From: Bdellovibrionales bacterium
Lineage (GTDB): Bacteria > Bdellovibrionota > Bdellovibrionia > Bdellovibrionales > Bdellovibrionaceae
NCBI GenBank assembly: GCA_031370005.1
Contig: JANMPT010000097.1
Location: 64,001 to 128,000 of the forward strand
Length of the DNA: 64,000 bases
Direction: 5' to 3'
Shown here: in pieces, positions 1 through 9,736 of the stretch
How positions within the stretch are numbered: the first letter of the stretch is position 1
Layout of the letters: every line of letters starts with the position of its first letter
Program-made: the position numbers and the translations under genes
Notes under the pieces: model-generated
Seen by the model: only the letters and a program-made list of their open reading frames with translations
The model's database searches: none
What the model was told of the DNA's origin: nothing

Positions 1-576
1 ATCACTGATTTGTCGCGGAGAAAAATCCAAAATCACCAAAGACTCTTCCATTAAAGCCATCTCGACGTAGGTCAAGTAATTCGAAAGTTCATCCCAAAAT
101 CTTAAACCCTTAATGCCATAAGAACTCTTGCAATAAAAGCTCGTACAAACAGCTCCACGTTGGCGCCAGATACCACAATTCTGCTGCTCCTTATTATAGT
201 AAGGACAGAGCCAATCCTCTCTTTGCCCAAATTCATTTTTTTTACGTTGGTTAAGTGCTACTTGATAGTTTGGCGGCGCCACCAAACCCAATGGCAAGCT
301 GTACTCCCGCTTTGCAATTTTACTCCGAACGCTCGTTAATGCCGAAGCTGCAGATAAAACTTCTTGGCTTAAAATGGCTCCGACAACGTAATTTGGTAAA
401 AATGGCTGAAAAGTACAACATTTTAAATTGGGCTGATAAAAGATCTCTCCTCGATTTTGAGGTTTTGTCATAATACAATGATCACAAGTCGCCTTGCTTT
501 CTCTTGGCTCCATCTGCAAGAGATCACTTGGCAGCAGGGCCTCGTAAATACGTGGAATTTGATATTTTAGTTTCAC
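1..576 (-). CDS. Cys-rich hypothetical protein, possibly YkgJ/CxxC-CC Fe-S or zinc-binding family; 3' end runs off the window
   Basis: Manual translation from GTG at 576 is open for 192 codons to the window edge: MKLKYQIPRIYE...ATCDHCIM...LKCCTFQPFLPNY...WLCPYY...NCGIWRQRGAVCTSFYC. Absent from the ORF track because it has no stop in the window. Confidence 0.7.
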   Translation of the reverse strand, partial: MKLKYQIPRIYEALLPSDLLQMEPRESKATCDHCIMTKPQNRGEIFYQPNLKCCTFQPFLPNYVVGAILSQEVLSAASALTSVRSKIAKREYSLPLGLVAPPNYQVALNQRKKNEFGQREDWLCPYYNKEQQNCGIWRQRGAVCTSFYCKSSYGIKGLRFWDELSNYLTYVEMALMEESLVILDFSPRQISD

Positions 577-747
577 CGACAAGATTAAAACTCCACATCG
601 AAATATGCTTATAACACGAACAATCGAGTACCAAAAGTGTCACTTACACCCCTTTATTGGCAATAACAATTATGTTTCAATATGAGATATTTTTATTGTG
701 TAAAATCATATACTTATAGGCTATATGAAAAGTTTCTTCTAGACTCT

Positions 748-764
748 TAGGCCCTCAGTTTGCA
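748..764 (+). promoter_or_regulatory. Putative sigma54 (-24/-12) promoter for the 805..1071 gene
   Basis: TAGGCCCTCAGTTTGCA has GG(750-751)-N10-GC(762-763) with a TTGC. An IHF-like site AATCAT-N4-TTA lies at 704-716. Confidence 0.5.
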
Positions 765-804
765 ACTTAGATGATTGAGAATACCAACCCACTGAGGAGG
801 CTTT

Positions 805-1071
805 ATGAAAAGGGCTCTAGTTATGACAGTTTTACTAGCAATTTCTTCTACCAGCCTCGCTTGGATTGAAAAAGCCCCTCAACAAAAATCCTATGATTTT
901 AAGTTCAAACTGAAGTCTGATATATACACATTTACCCGCACAGCCACGAGCTATGAAGAAGCTTACGAAACAGCTGCACAAGCCTGTTTCAAACACTTCA
1001 AAAATGGAAGACATGTGAATGAGGATGAGGGACTGGATATTATCGACGTATGCGCCAATCCACGCTCATAA
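805..1071 (+). CDS. Small secreted hypothetical protein with two Cys
   Basis: GAGGAGG Shine-Dalgarno directly upstream; signal peptide MKRALVMTVLLAISSTSLA; C-terminal DIIDVCANPRS. Confidence 0.8.
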   Translation: MKRALVMTVLLAISSTSLAWIEKAPQQKSYDFKFKLKSDIYTFTRTATSYEEAYETAAQACFKHFKNGRHVNEDEGLDIIDVCANPRS

Positions 1072-1158
1072 TTATGCGATGCATATTTCACAGAAATTGA
1101 TTCTTTAACTCCCTGCTTTGATTTATAAATTAAGAGCAAATCAACACTCGGGGTATTT

Positions 1159-1353
1159 ATGAGTATTGGATCTAAAGTCTTAGACTTCTTTTTTGGTAAA
1201 GATCCCGATATCTTCGACGAAAAAGGCAATGTCAGCCATAAACTTGCGAAAAAAAAATGGGATGCCTGGTACAATAGAACAAAAACGGACCCTCAATATA
1301 ACTGGCGCAACCATACGGGCATTACCGGAGTTGGTTCTAAGAAAAAATCATAA
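1159..1353 (+). CDS. Small basic hypothetical protein (64 aa)
   Basis: Protein-like composition (Trp-containing, Lys-rich); fills the gap convergent with glnD without overlap. Confidence 0.6.
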   Translation: MSIGSKVLDFFFGKDPDIFDEKGNVSHKLAKKKWDAWYNRTKTDPQYNWRNHTGITGVGSKKKS

Positions 1354-1378
1354 AATCTTATTAAGCAATTCCCTGTGG

Positions 1379-3682
1379 CTAAAATTCCAAGTATTTCTTA
1401 ATCTCCGTCAATAAAGCTTCTGGAGTTCTACCTGAGGCCTTTAAAATGAAAATATCATTCACTTGGCGCCCCCATGTATGAACTCGCGCTGACTTAATAT
1501 TAAGTCTCATTTTCGCCAAGGATTCTGTTGCTGTAGTTAGAAATCCATTTTGATCTTTACCTTTAAAACTTAAAATCCATTCATTGTCGTCAATAGACAC
1601 CCATTCAATTTGATCATAAATGACTTTTGGAAGTTCCTTCCTTATCCCTTGTGAGTTCTGAAGGATTTTTTCAATCACAATGGTATTTTTTAAGGTACTT
1701 ACTTGAAACCAATCATAGACCCCAACACCTCCTAAAGTTTGAATGGCCGCATGACGAATACCTAGACCCAAAGAATATAAGCGCTGAACATACTCAGCAA
1801 GAAGACCCTCTTGATCTTTCTTTGAATGAAAACGCACCCAGACTTCTTTGCCCTTTTTAAATACAAAAGGCGGTAAAGACTCCGAAGACCCTCTTGCTTT
1901 TTTTAAGTCCTTCGCAAGTACAGTAGCTGACAAACTTTGCAGAAGGAAATCATCAAAGTCTTCAAGTAGATCCTCCAGGCCTTTAAGCTTCTTCTTTTGC
2001 AATGAAACTTTAAGTAAAAAATAATTTTTTGTGCTTGGCGCATCCATTGCTTCAACAAGATCCTTCAGTAGCCGTCCCTTCCACTCATTCCATGCCTCAG
2101 GATTAGTGGCACAGATATCTACCGCAGTGAAAATAGCTAATCGCTTTAAACGTTTCCCTTTAGCGCCGATGGCCTCTAGATGTTCCCAGGTCTTCTTGGC
2201 TTTGGGATTTTTTCTAAATGCCGCAATGGAAAGCTCTAAATGGTTTTTAACCATCCAAGCAACTTCCTCTGTAAATTCCTTCTTAAAACCGTATCTTTTA
2301 AAATCCTTACGAAGAATTTCGACACCATGACTTGAGTGATCCTCCGATAGCAGACCTTTGGCGAGGTCATGATAGAGCGCTGACCACGAAAGGATCATCC
2401 AGTCTTCTTCATTAAGTTCTTTATGAAAAACACGTAAAGACCTTAAGGATTTTGAATTTTTATAGATTTCTTTTAATATCACACAAGCCTGCATAATGTG
2501 CACGTCAGCAGTATAGCGGTGATATTGATCATGCTGAACATAACCTACTAAATGACGGATTGATGGCAAAACCTTATCAATCAAACGAGATTCAAAAATA
2601 CTTACCACCAAATTTTTTGAAATTTCAGGCTTTAGCATCTCCTCCAACACTTGGCCGAACCAAGGATAGCTTTTCGCAATTAGCTTTTCCGGCAAAAGAC
2701 GATCGAGATTCTCTCGAACCTTTTGCTGCCCTAGGGGATCTGGGTACCTTCGCAAAGCCACCATTAAATCTTCAGGTCTGTTAAATTTCAAGTCTTTGGT
2801 CTTCTGAAGTGTAGTATGAGAACTCTGCGCAACTGCAAATACCCAATTCACATAAAAGTGACTTCTTGAAAGTCCACGCTCCAGATCACGCATGAAGTCC
2901 TTGTGATTCTTGAAATTAAAAAACATAGCTAGATCAAATTGTGCCGTACCAACGAGGATTTCACCAAAACCCATTAAATGAAGCTTCTGCCGAAGGGTCA
3001 GGATATAGGCTTTATGATAGTTTAAAACACTCAGAGCATGTTCTGGATTTTGAAACTTTTCAGAAAATAAATCATAAATCTGAAGTGCTTGTTCTATATC
3101 ACGAAGCCCGCCAGGGCCGTACTTAAGATTTGGCTCAAGGTAATTTGAAATAGAGTTATATCTTTCAGCCCTTTGTGTTCTTTCTCGAATTAAATCCTTA
3201 AGAAGTTTAACTCTGAGTTGTTTTTTATTTTTCCATAAAAGCTTTTGCTGCAAAAGTAATTTTGAAGCGGATCCTGAGCTTAAAGGTCTAGCCTTCCATA
3301 GAGCTAGAATATCAAAACTATCAACACCCTCAGTCCAGTCATCTGCGTTTTGAGGCATGCGATAACGGACACGCATGCCCGCTTGATGTAAACGATCAGT
3401 CAGATCCTTAACCGCGGCCTCAGGGCCACAAAACAAAACATCAATATCAGAGAGGGGACAAAGCTCTCCGCGAGACCAGGATCCCAAACTGACAGGCTCA
3501 CAATCAATAAAACCAGGAATAGATTTAAGCTTTTCTTCAAGTTGAGTGCTCAGCCACCCCGCAAACTGGAATCCACCAAAATATGATGTAAAACGAATAT
3601 CTCCGTTTGGGGTCCAGAAAACCGGAGGAAAAACTTCCTTTGCCTTTTCCCATAACTCGCCACTCAGATAAGTCTGACTCAT
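1379..3682 (-). CDS. glnD: GlnD-like PII uridylyltransferase/uridylyl-removing enzyme
   Basis: Nucleotidyltransferase motif GSWSRGELCPLSDID; EPNLKYGPGGLRD; HD domain (QHDQYHRYTADVH, LYHDLAKG); two ACT-like segments (DQEGLL, DQNGFL). Confidence 0.85.
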   Translation of the reverse strand: MSQTYLSGELWEKAKEVFPPVFWTPNGDIRFTSYFGGFQFAGWLSTQLEEKLKSIPGFIDCEPVSLGSWSRGELCPLSDIDVLFCGPEAAVKDLTDRLHQAGMRVRYRMPQNADDWTEGVDSFDILALWKARPLSSGSASKLLLQQKLLWKNKKQLRVKLLKDLIRERTQRAERYNSISNYLEPNLKYGPGGLRDIEQALQIYDLFSEKFQNPEHALSVLNYHKAYILTLRQKLHLMGFGEILVGTAQFDLAMFFNFKNHKDFMRDLERGLSRSHFYVNWVFAVAQSSHTTLQKTKDLKFNRPEDLMVALRRYPDPLGQQKVRENLDRLLPEKLIAKSYPWFGQVLEEMLKPEISKNLVVSIFESRLIDKVLPSIRHLVGYVQHDQYHRYTADVHIMQACVILKEIYKNSKSLRSLRVFHKELNEEDWMILSWSALYHDLAKGLLSEDHSSHGVEILRKDFKRYGFKKEFTEEVAWMVKNHLELSIAAFRKNPKAKKTWEHLEAIGAKGKRLKRLAIFTAVDICATNPEAWNEWKGRLLKDLVEAMDAPSTKNYFLLKVSLQKKKLKGLEDLLEDFDDFLLQSLSATVLAKDLKKARGSSESLPPFVFKKGKEVWVRFHSKKDQEGLLAEYVQRLYSLGLGIRHAAIQTLGGVGVYDWFQVSTLKNTIVIEKILQNSQGIRKELPKVIYDQIEWVSIDDNEWILSFKGKDQNGFLTTATESLAKMRLNIKSARVHTWGRQVNDIFILKASGRTPEALLTEIKKYLEF

Positions 3683-3683
3683 G

Positions 3684-6251
3684 TTAATTCATGTCTTTGT
3701 CTTGAGTTCTAAAGTCTTCAAGGTTTTTTTGCCATTGGGCAATCTGATTCAAAGCATCCAAGGGAGTGGTCTTTGTTAAAGAATATTTTTTCACTTCCTG
3801 CATGAAAGATAAAACTCTTTCGTGTTCAGTGAAAATTGGCTCTTCAAAAGGTATGTCTAAAAGCGATAACTGACTGGTAGGAGAGTCCATCTTTTTGGAT
3901 TCAATGGACCTCAATAAGCTCTTCGCACGACGAACAACCACTTGCGGCAAACCTGCAAGCTCAGCCACCTGGATACCATAAGATTTTGTTGCTGACCCCC
4001 GTACTAAGGTATGCAGAAAGCGAATCTCTCCCTGACAATCTGCTACAGTCATATGTGCATTTTGAATTTGAGGGTAAAAGCTTTCTAGCTGAGTTAACTC
4101 ATGATAGTGAGTTGCAAAAAAAGTTGTGGTTTTTACATCCGACAGTAAGTGCTCGAGAATAGACTGAGCCAAACACATTCCATCAAAAGTACTAGTTCCA
4201 CGCCCCACCTCGTCCAAAATAACTAAAGACTTTTGCGTGGAATTCTTAAGCATGGCTGCAGTTTCAGTCATTTCAACCATAAAAGTTGAAAGTCCTTCTG
4301 AAAGCTGATCACTTGCTCCGATGCGCGTAAAAATAGCATCAAAGATTGGTAAGATAGCCTGATCCGCAGGGACAAAACAGCCTATTTGCGCAAGAATTGA
4401 AGTTAAAGCAACTTGTCGCATAATCGTTGATTTTCCAGCCATATTAGGCCCCGTTAGCAACAAGCAGTCACCAGGCTTTAACTCTATATCGTTAGAAACA
4501 AAGCCTTTTTTAACCGTTTGCTCAACCACAGGGTGACGAGAGCCTTTAAGAATTAAATCTCTTTTTTCAGAAAGCTTTGGTCGAACATATTTTTCCTCAT
4601 GGCTTAGCCACGCAAAAGAAGTAATCACATCAAGTTCACTACACTCATGAGCAAGCATTACCAACTCAGGCCCCATAGATAAGACCTCACGACGAAGGCC
4701 TTCAAAATACTCAAGCTCCAAATCCTCTCGCTTAGCTTGAGCCGTCAGAACTTTTCTTTCAAGCTCAATCAAAGCATCTGTGCAGTACCTTTCGGCATTT
4801 GCAAGGGTTTGCTTCCTTTGGTAATGCTTAGGCACCTTATCTTTATGAGTATTGGTGATTTCAATATAGTAACCAAAGACGTTGTTATATCGTATTTTAA
4901 GACTTGTGATTCCTGTTTTTTCACGCTCATCAGCTTCCATTCGAGACAGAAGACTCTGCGAGTGGGTTGATAACTCTATTAGTACGTCAAGCTCCTCAGA
5001 TACTCCCTTGCGAATTAGATAACCTTGTCTTGTCGTAAGAGGCGGGTCTTCCACCAAAGTATTTTCAATTTTTATAGTAAGCTTCTGCAATTTCTCAAAC
5101 GCTAAAGACTTCACATTTTCGGACGGGCTTAAAGTCAAAGACACTTTTAAAGACATTTCTAAAGAACTTAAACCCGCACGAATACTCTGTGCTAAAGTTA
5201 ACAAATCGCGTCCGTTGGCCTGAGGTTGAGAAATCTTACCAAGACGACGCTCAACATCTCCCATCAGAGAAAGCATCTGACGGATATGTTTCATCTCCGC
5301 GAGGTGCCTCCCCCAGAGTTCGACTTTGTCATAGCGTGTTTCAATACTTTTTTGGTCAAGTAAAGGGAAGCTCAACCATTGTCGAAGCATACGACTTCCC
5401 GCGGAAGTCTTCGTACGATTAATTGCAAAAAACAAAGAGCCAAGACCTTCACCTTTATAGGTTGAAAAAATCTCAAGGTGTCTCAGGGTAATCGGCGTGA
5501 GCTCAAGGCGCTTCTGAAAATCCCGTTCCTCAAACTTGGAAAGAGTTTTTAAAGACTCTTCTCCGCCCAATGATTTGACATAGGAAAGTAGCCTGGCCGC
5601 TGAAAGTGGCGTATCTACAGACAACAGTGGATGAGGTAGATCAATGGTCATATCATGTAGACTCACCAGCATCTTTTGCAAACTCGTGGTCTTTCTTTGT
5701 TCATCATCGAAAATTGATTTTTCTTTGGACGATAAAACAATCTCTGCCACCGGTAGAACCTCTAAAAACCTCTTAGTGCTTGCAAAGTCCTTCGATCTAA
5801 AAAAGAATGATTCACCTGTTGTAGTATCAAGGAAGCTTATGGATTCTTTATCAAAGCTCACCAGATAGTGGGCCATCGTTCCATCTAAAGTATCCGAATC
5901 ATAGACCATGCCTGGAGTTAGAACACGGGTCACAGCCCGTTTTACGATACCTTTCGCCAGCTTTGGATCTTCCACTTGATCGCAAATGGCGACTTTATAA
6001 CCCTGGGCGAGAAGTTTATTAATAGGTCCCGCAACAGAATGATGGGGCATTCCGCACATAGGGGTTTCATCTTGGGATTTCTTATTTCTCTGTGTTAAAG
6101 CAATTCCTAAAATAGGTGCAGCCCTAACGGCGTCTTCATAGAACATCTCAAAAAAGTCGCCCATTCTAAAAAGCAAAAACTTATCTTGATGTAGTGACTT
6201 AATATCCCAATATTGTTTCATTAAAGGCGTTAAATTCTCAGCATTTGTCAT
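3684..6251 (-). CDS. mutS: DNA mismatch repair protein MutS
   Basis: TPLMKQY, FRMGDFFEMF, GPNMAGKST, STFMVEM, DEVGRGTST, ATHYHEL. Confidence 0.98.
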   Translation of the reverse strand: MTNAENLTPLMKQYWDIKSLHQDKFLLFRMGDFFEMFYEDAVRAAPILGIALTQRNKKSQDETPMCGMPHHSVAGPINKLLAQGYKVAICDQVEDPKLAKGIVKRAVTRVLTPGMVYDSDTLDGTMAHYLVSFDKESISFLDTTTGESFFFRSKDFASTKRFLEVLPVAEIVLSSKEKSIFDDEQRKTTSLQKMLVSLHDMTIDLPHPLLSVDTPLSAARLLSYVKSLGGEESLKTLSKFEERDFQKRLELTPITLRHLEIFSTYKGEGLGSLFFAINRTKTSAGSRMLRQWLSFPLLDQKSIETRYDKVELWGRHLAEMKHIRQMLSLMGDVERRLGKISQPQANGRDLLTLAQSIRAGLSSLEMSLKVSLTLSPSENVKSLAFEKLQKLTIKIENTLVEDPPLTTRQGYLIRKGVSEELDVLIELSTHSQSLLSRMEADEREKTGITSLKIRYNNVFGYYIEITNTHKDKVPKHYQRKQTLANAERYCTDALIELERKVLTAQAKREDLELEYFEGLRREVLSMGPELVMLAHECSELDVITSFAWLSHEEKYVRPKLSEKRDLILKGSRHPVVEQTVKKGFVSNDIELKPGDCLLLTGPNMAGKSTIMRQVALTSILAQIGCFVPADQAILPIFDAIFTRIGASDQLSEGLSTFMVEMTETAAMLKNSTQKSLVILDEVGRGTSTFDGMCLAQSILEHLLSDVKTTTFFATHYHELTQLESFYPQIQNAHMTVADCQGEIRFLHTLVRGSATKSYGIQVAELAGLPQVVVRRAKSLLRSIESKKMDSPTSQLSLLDIPFEEPIFTEHERVLSFMQEVKKYSLTKTTPLDALNQIAQWQKNLEDFRTQDKDMN

Positions 6252-6296
6252 CGTAGAACAGTGTTAACTAGACCAAAAAAAACTAGCAAGAAAGAT

Positions 6297-6343
6297 GCAG
6301 TGCAGTACTAGAAAGTAGGCCGTACTTCCTAGTACTGCACTGC
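6297..6343 (-). terminator. Long stem-loop just after the mpl stop codon; likely terminator or mRNA-stabilising hairpin
   Basis: GCAGTGCAGTACTAG (6297-6311) pairs perfectly with CTAGTACTGCACTGC (6329-6343), and the stem extends inward through a G-U pair on the minus strand. A T-rich tract follows on the minus strand. Confidence 0.7.
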
Positions 6344-6348
6344 GAAAT

Positions 6349-7755
6349 TTAAGACAAGGCAGAGAGGAGCTTAGTGTAGATGCCGTCGAAGCCGCCATTG
6401 CTCATGATTAGAATTATATCTCCACTGTGAGCACGAGATTTCAGAGCATTGACGATGGCCTCAGATGAATTAAAAGCATTGGCAAGCACCCCAGATTTTT
6501 TCAAATCATAGATCAATTCATCACTTGAAAAACGATTCTCAGCCTCAATCTTAGATTGGTCGAAGGCTTCGGCTAACATTACTTCGTGAGAGCCCTTAAA
6601 TGCCTCGACATAATCTTGCTGAAACACCTTTCGTCGCGAAGTCGCGGATCTCGGCTCGAAAACAGAGAACACTTTACGCCCTGGATATTTGCCCTGAATC
6701 CCTTTGACCGTTTCACGTACAGCTGTTGGATGATGAGCAAAATCTTCAATCACCAAAATCCCCTTTGGTTCTCCTAAGATTTCCTGACGCCTTTTGACAC
6801 CTTCAAAAGATCTCAAAGCTTCTTTAATTTTTTCAGAGTCAAAACCCAAATGCGTCGATAAAGCGACCACCGAAGTAGCATTTAAAATATTGTACTCACC
6901 ACTCATATTTACAAAATAAATGCCAAGTAATTGATCTTTAAAACTAACCTGGAATTCAATTCCCTCAGTAGTTTCTTTTAAAATTGTTGTTTTGAAATCA
7001 CCACCCTTAAGGCCGTAAGTAAATGAGTTCTTACACTTTGATTCTTTAAAAAGCTCCATAACGTTGGCATCATCAGCACAAGCAATCAGAGTTCCATCCT
7101 CAGGAACTAGCTTAATCAATGTACGAAAAGCCTCTTTCACTGCACTGAGATCTTTATAGATATCCGCATGATCAAACTCAACTGAAGTCAAAATAACGTG
7201 GCGAGGTTTATAGTGAATAAATTTTGGTACCTTATCAAAAAAAGCTGTATCGTACTCATCTCCCTCAATCACAAAAAAATTCTTTTCCGGATTTCTAAAC
7301 GACTTTGAAAAGTTCTTTGCGACACCACCAATAAGAAATCCTGGTTTTTCCCCACAAACCTCTGCGACCCAACTCATTAAAGAAGTTGTGGTCGTTTTTC
7401 CATGGGTCCCAGAAATATTAATACACTCTTTATCAGCAATAATAAATTCGCCCATGGCTTTCGGCAACGATGTATACGGAATGCCAAGCTTAACAAGCTC
7501 TTGGGCTTCTTCGTTATTTGCAGAAATTACGTTACCAACGATAACAAAATCTGGCTTTGGATGAAGATTTTCAGCCTTGTAGCCTTTCATAATAGGGATA
7601 CCCAAGGATCCTAGTTGCGTAGACATCGGTGGATATGGATTTAAATCACTTCCCGAGACATTAAAGCCTCGATCTTTCAATAGACCAGCAAGACTTGCCA
7701 TAGCTGTTCCACAAATTCCCATTAAATGAATGTGACTGTTAGGCTTTAAATTCAC
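6349..7755 (-). CDS. mpl: Murein peptide ligase Mpl (UDP-MurNAc:tripeptide ligase)
   Basis: HIHLMGICGTAMASLA, GTHGKTTT, EGDEYDTAFFDK, DFAHHPTAV, FEPRS, MSNGGF. Confidence 0.95.
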   Translation of the reverse strand: MNLKPNSHIHLMGICGTAMASLAGLLKDRGFNVSGSDLNPYPPMSTQLGSLGIPIMKGYKAENLHPKPDFVIVGNVISANNEEAQELVKLGIPYTSLPKAMGEFIIADKECINISGTHGKTTTTSLMSWVAEVCGEKPGFLIGGVAKNFSKSFRNPEKNFFVIEGDEYDTAFFDKVPKFIHYKPRHVILTSVEFDHADIYKDLSAVKEAFRTLIKLVPEDGTLIACADDANVMELFKESKCKNSFTYGLKGGDFKTTILKETTEGIEFQVSFKDQLLGIYFVNMSGEYNILNATSVVALSTHLGFDSEKIKEALRSFEGVKRRQEILGEPKGILVIEDFAHHPTAVRETVKGIQGKYPGRKVFSVFEPRSATSRRKVFQQDYVEAFKGSHEVMLAEAFDQSKIEAENRFSSDELIYDLKKSGVLANAFNSSEAIVNALKSRAHSGDIILIMSNGGFDGIYTKLLSALS

Positions 7756-8813
7756 ACGGCACTCTTTCTGAATCCCTCAACGATCCAATTATGAATTTCT
7801 GGACGAAGTTTTGCAAAAGACTTATTCTCTCGACCATACAAAACTCTATTAGATAAAATTGCTACACCAAAATCTGCTTTTGGATCATACCACATGGAAG
7901 TTCCAGTAAAGCCAGTGTGCCCAATAGACAGCAAGGAAAAATGATTTCCACAACTTGCCGCGCCAGGCGTTGGCATCATATAGCCTAGAGCCCAATCCCC
8001 CATTCCCTGAGGACGCGCGCGAGAGGCAAATAGCTTTGCAGTTTTTTGTTTCACTGAATATCGCGCAATTCCTAAAAGCTGAGATCGAATATTCAGTAAG
8101 GACCACGAAACATCATCCATGCTGCCAAAAAGTCCTGCGTGGGTAGAGACTCCCCCCAGAGCCCAACAATTCTCATCGTGAACTTCCCCAACCATAAGTT
8201 TTTTGCGCCAAGAACATTCTTCTGTTGGCGCATAAAGGTTTAACCGATATTTGGGCGTATTCTTATCATGAAACTCTAAAGTTGTTCCCGCATAGAACTT
8301 GTCTTTAATTCCATCCCAAATCGCTAACAAATTATCCTTAAAAAACTCTTCGACTAAAAATCCTAAAACCAAAAAGCCGACGTCTGAATAGACGCTGTTC
8401 GGAGTATCAGAAATTTCAAGATTTTGAATAATCTCTTTTAATTTTTCCCGTCTTTTTTCCAAAGACAAAGAAAGATCAATGTCCTTATAAAAAGGCAACC
8501 ACCAAGCAAGTCCTGAAGAATGAGTGAGCAGGTCCTGCACACGAATTCCAGAATGAGGAAACCATGGCAAGAACTCTTGTATATAAGAGTCCAAATTCCA
8601 TTTTTTTTGTTCAAAAGCCACCATCATTGCTTGAACAGTAAAAATAATCTTGGTCAAGCTGGCAAGATCGTAATACGCATAAACATCCCCCACACTCACG
8701 TCACATACCATGCGGCCTCCCTGGTATGCGCGCACAATTACTCCCGGAGAGGTATCAGTAATACGAGACTTCAATTGCTGCATTAATTTTTTTTCAAGAA
8801 TTGAATACTTCAT
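7752..8813 (-). CDS. Beta-lactamase-family serine hydrolase with no signal peptide
   Basis: SxxK (DLASLTK), LLTHSSGL, YSD, GEVHDEN, HAGLF, GHTGFTG; 4-nt overlaps with both neighbours. Confidence 0.88.
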   Translation of the reverse strand: MKYSILEKKLMQQLKSRITDTSPGVIVRAYQGGRMVCDVSVGDVYAYYDLASLTKIIFTVQAMMVAFEQKKWNLDSYIQEFLPWFPHSGIRVQDLLTHSSGLAWWLPFYKDIDLSLSLEKRREKLKEIIQNLEISDTPNSVYSDVGFLVLGFLVEEFFKDNLLAIWDGIKDKFYAGTTLEFHDKNTPKYRLNLYAPTEECSWRKKLMVGEVHDENCWALGGVSTHAGLFGSMDDVSWSLLNIRSQLLGIARYSVKQKTAKLFASRARPQGMGDWALGYMMPTPGAASCGNHFSLLSIGHTGFTGTSMWYDPKADFGVAILSNRVLYGRENKSFAKLRPEIHNWIVEGFRKSAV

Positions 8814-9736
8814 TTACTAGCCCCCTCGGCACTAATCCAAAGAGAGCCTTTCGTTCCGCCAGACAAAATCGCCTCTGTATAAAGTGGCATAGGCCTCTGA
8901 ATGACTCCGTGTCCGGCCTCCACTCCACTAAAAATTGGAATATCCAAACGCTCTGCCCAGGACTTAAAAACCTGAGGCCATAACGCTTTTCCATCGGCCT
9001 CTTCTCCACCGAGGAACTCCCCAATCAAAAGTCCTTTGCATTTTTTAAATAATCCCACTTGGTCAAAATGTTCCAAAATTCGGTCTATTCGATAGCCGCG
9101 CTCTCCGAGATCTTCAATAAAAAGAAACTTACCATCGGTCTTAACTTGATAAGGAGTCCCAATGCTACTTTGTAGCACAACGAGATTCCCCCCAACAACA
9201 GATGCCTTTATCTTTCTTAAATTCAACGCCGCTTTATTCATAGCCTTGAGTTTTTTAAACTCAATACTCTTGGACTTTCCAAACAAAATATTCATGGTTT
9301 CATTTTCAATTTTTTTAGGAACTTTTCCACTTCCCATACGATCTAAAAGAGAGGCATGAAGGGTTGGCCAGTTCCACCTTTGTTCAAAATACAAATGCAA
9401 AGAGGTTATATCACTTATTCCAACAAGTAACTTTTGTTTGGGTGGCTTTTTAATCTTATCCAAATAAGGCAAAAGTTTATTAGATCCATATCCGCCACGA
9501 AGGCACCAAATAATTTTTGAATCCTTTGCTTCCAGGGCCTCACGTAAAAAAACAAAACGTTTCTCGTCGCTGTTAGAATGAAGAAAATGTTTTTGTATCA
9601 AATTTTTTGGAATGCGAGGCTTCAATCCCCACTTCAGTAAAAACTGCCTGGCAGTCTCTATCTCTTCCAAAGTTGAAGCGTACCCAGGAGCGACAACATC
9701 TACGACATCGCCTTTTTCTAAATAACTCCAACTCAT
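8810..9736 (-). CDS. ldcA: LD-carboxypeptidase, peptidase S66 family
   Basis: RGGYG, nucleophile motif GISDIT, GGNL, FIEDLGE, AGHG. Confidence 0.9.
   Translation of the reverse strand: MSWSYLEKGDVVDVVAPGYASTLEEIETARQFLLKWGLKPRIPKNLIQKHFLHSNSDEKRFVFLREALEAKDSKIIWCLRGGYGSNKLLPYLDKIKKPPKQKLLVGISDITSLHLYFEQRWNWPTLHASLLDRMGSGKVPKKIENETMNILFGKSKSIEFKKLKAMNKAALNLRKIKASVVGGNLVVLQSSIGTPYQVKTDGKFLFIEDLGERGYRIDRILEHFDQVGLFKKCKGLLIGEFLGGEEADGKALWPQVFKSWAERLDIPIFSGVEAGHGVIQRPMPLYTEAILSGGTKGSLWISAEGASK

Noticed and set aside
255..473. 72-aa plus-strand ORF
   Set aside because: Antisense to the longer Cys-rich frame at 1..576.
963..1414. ORFs 963..1274(-) and 1193..1414(+)
   Set aside because: They overlap better-supported genes and lack SD sequences or motifs.
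7752..8813. Antibiotic-resistance beta-lactamase
   Set aside because: No signal peptide, and the ldcA-mpl context points to wall recycling; the fold alone is not evidence of resistance.
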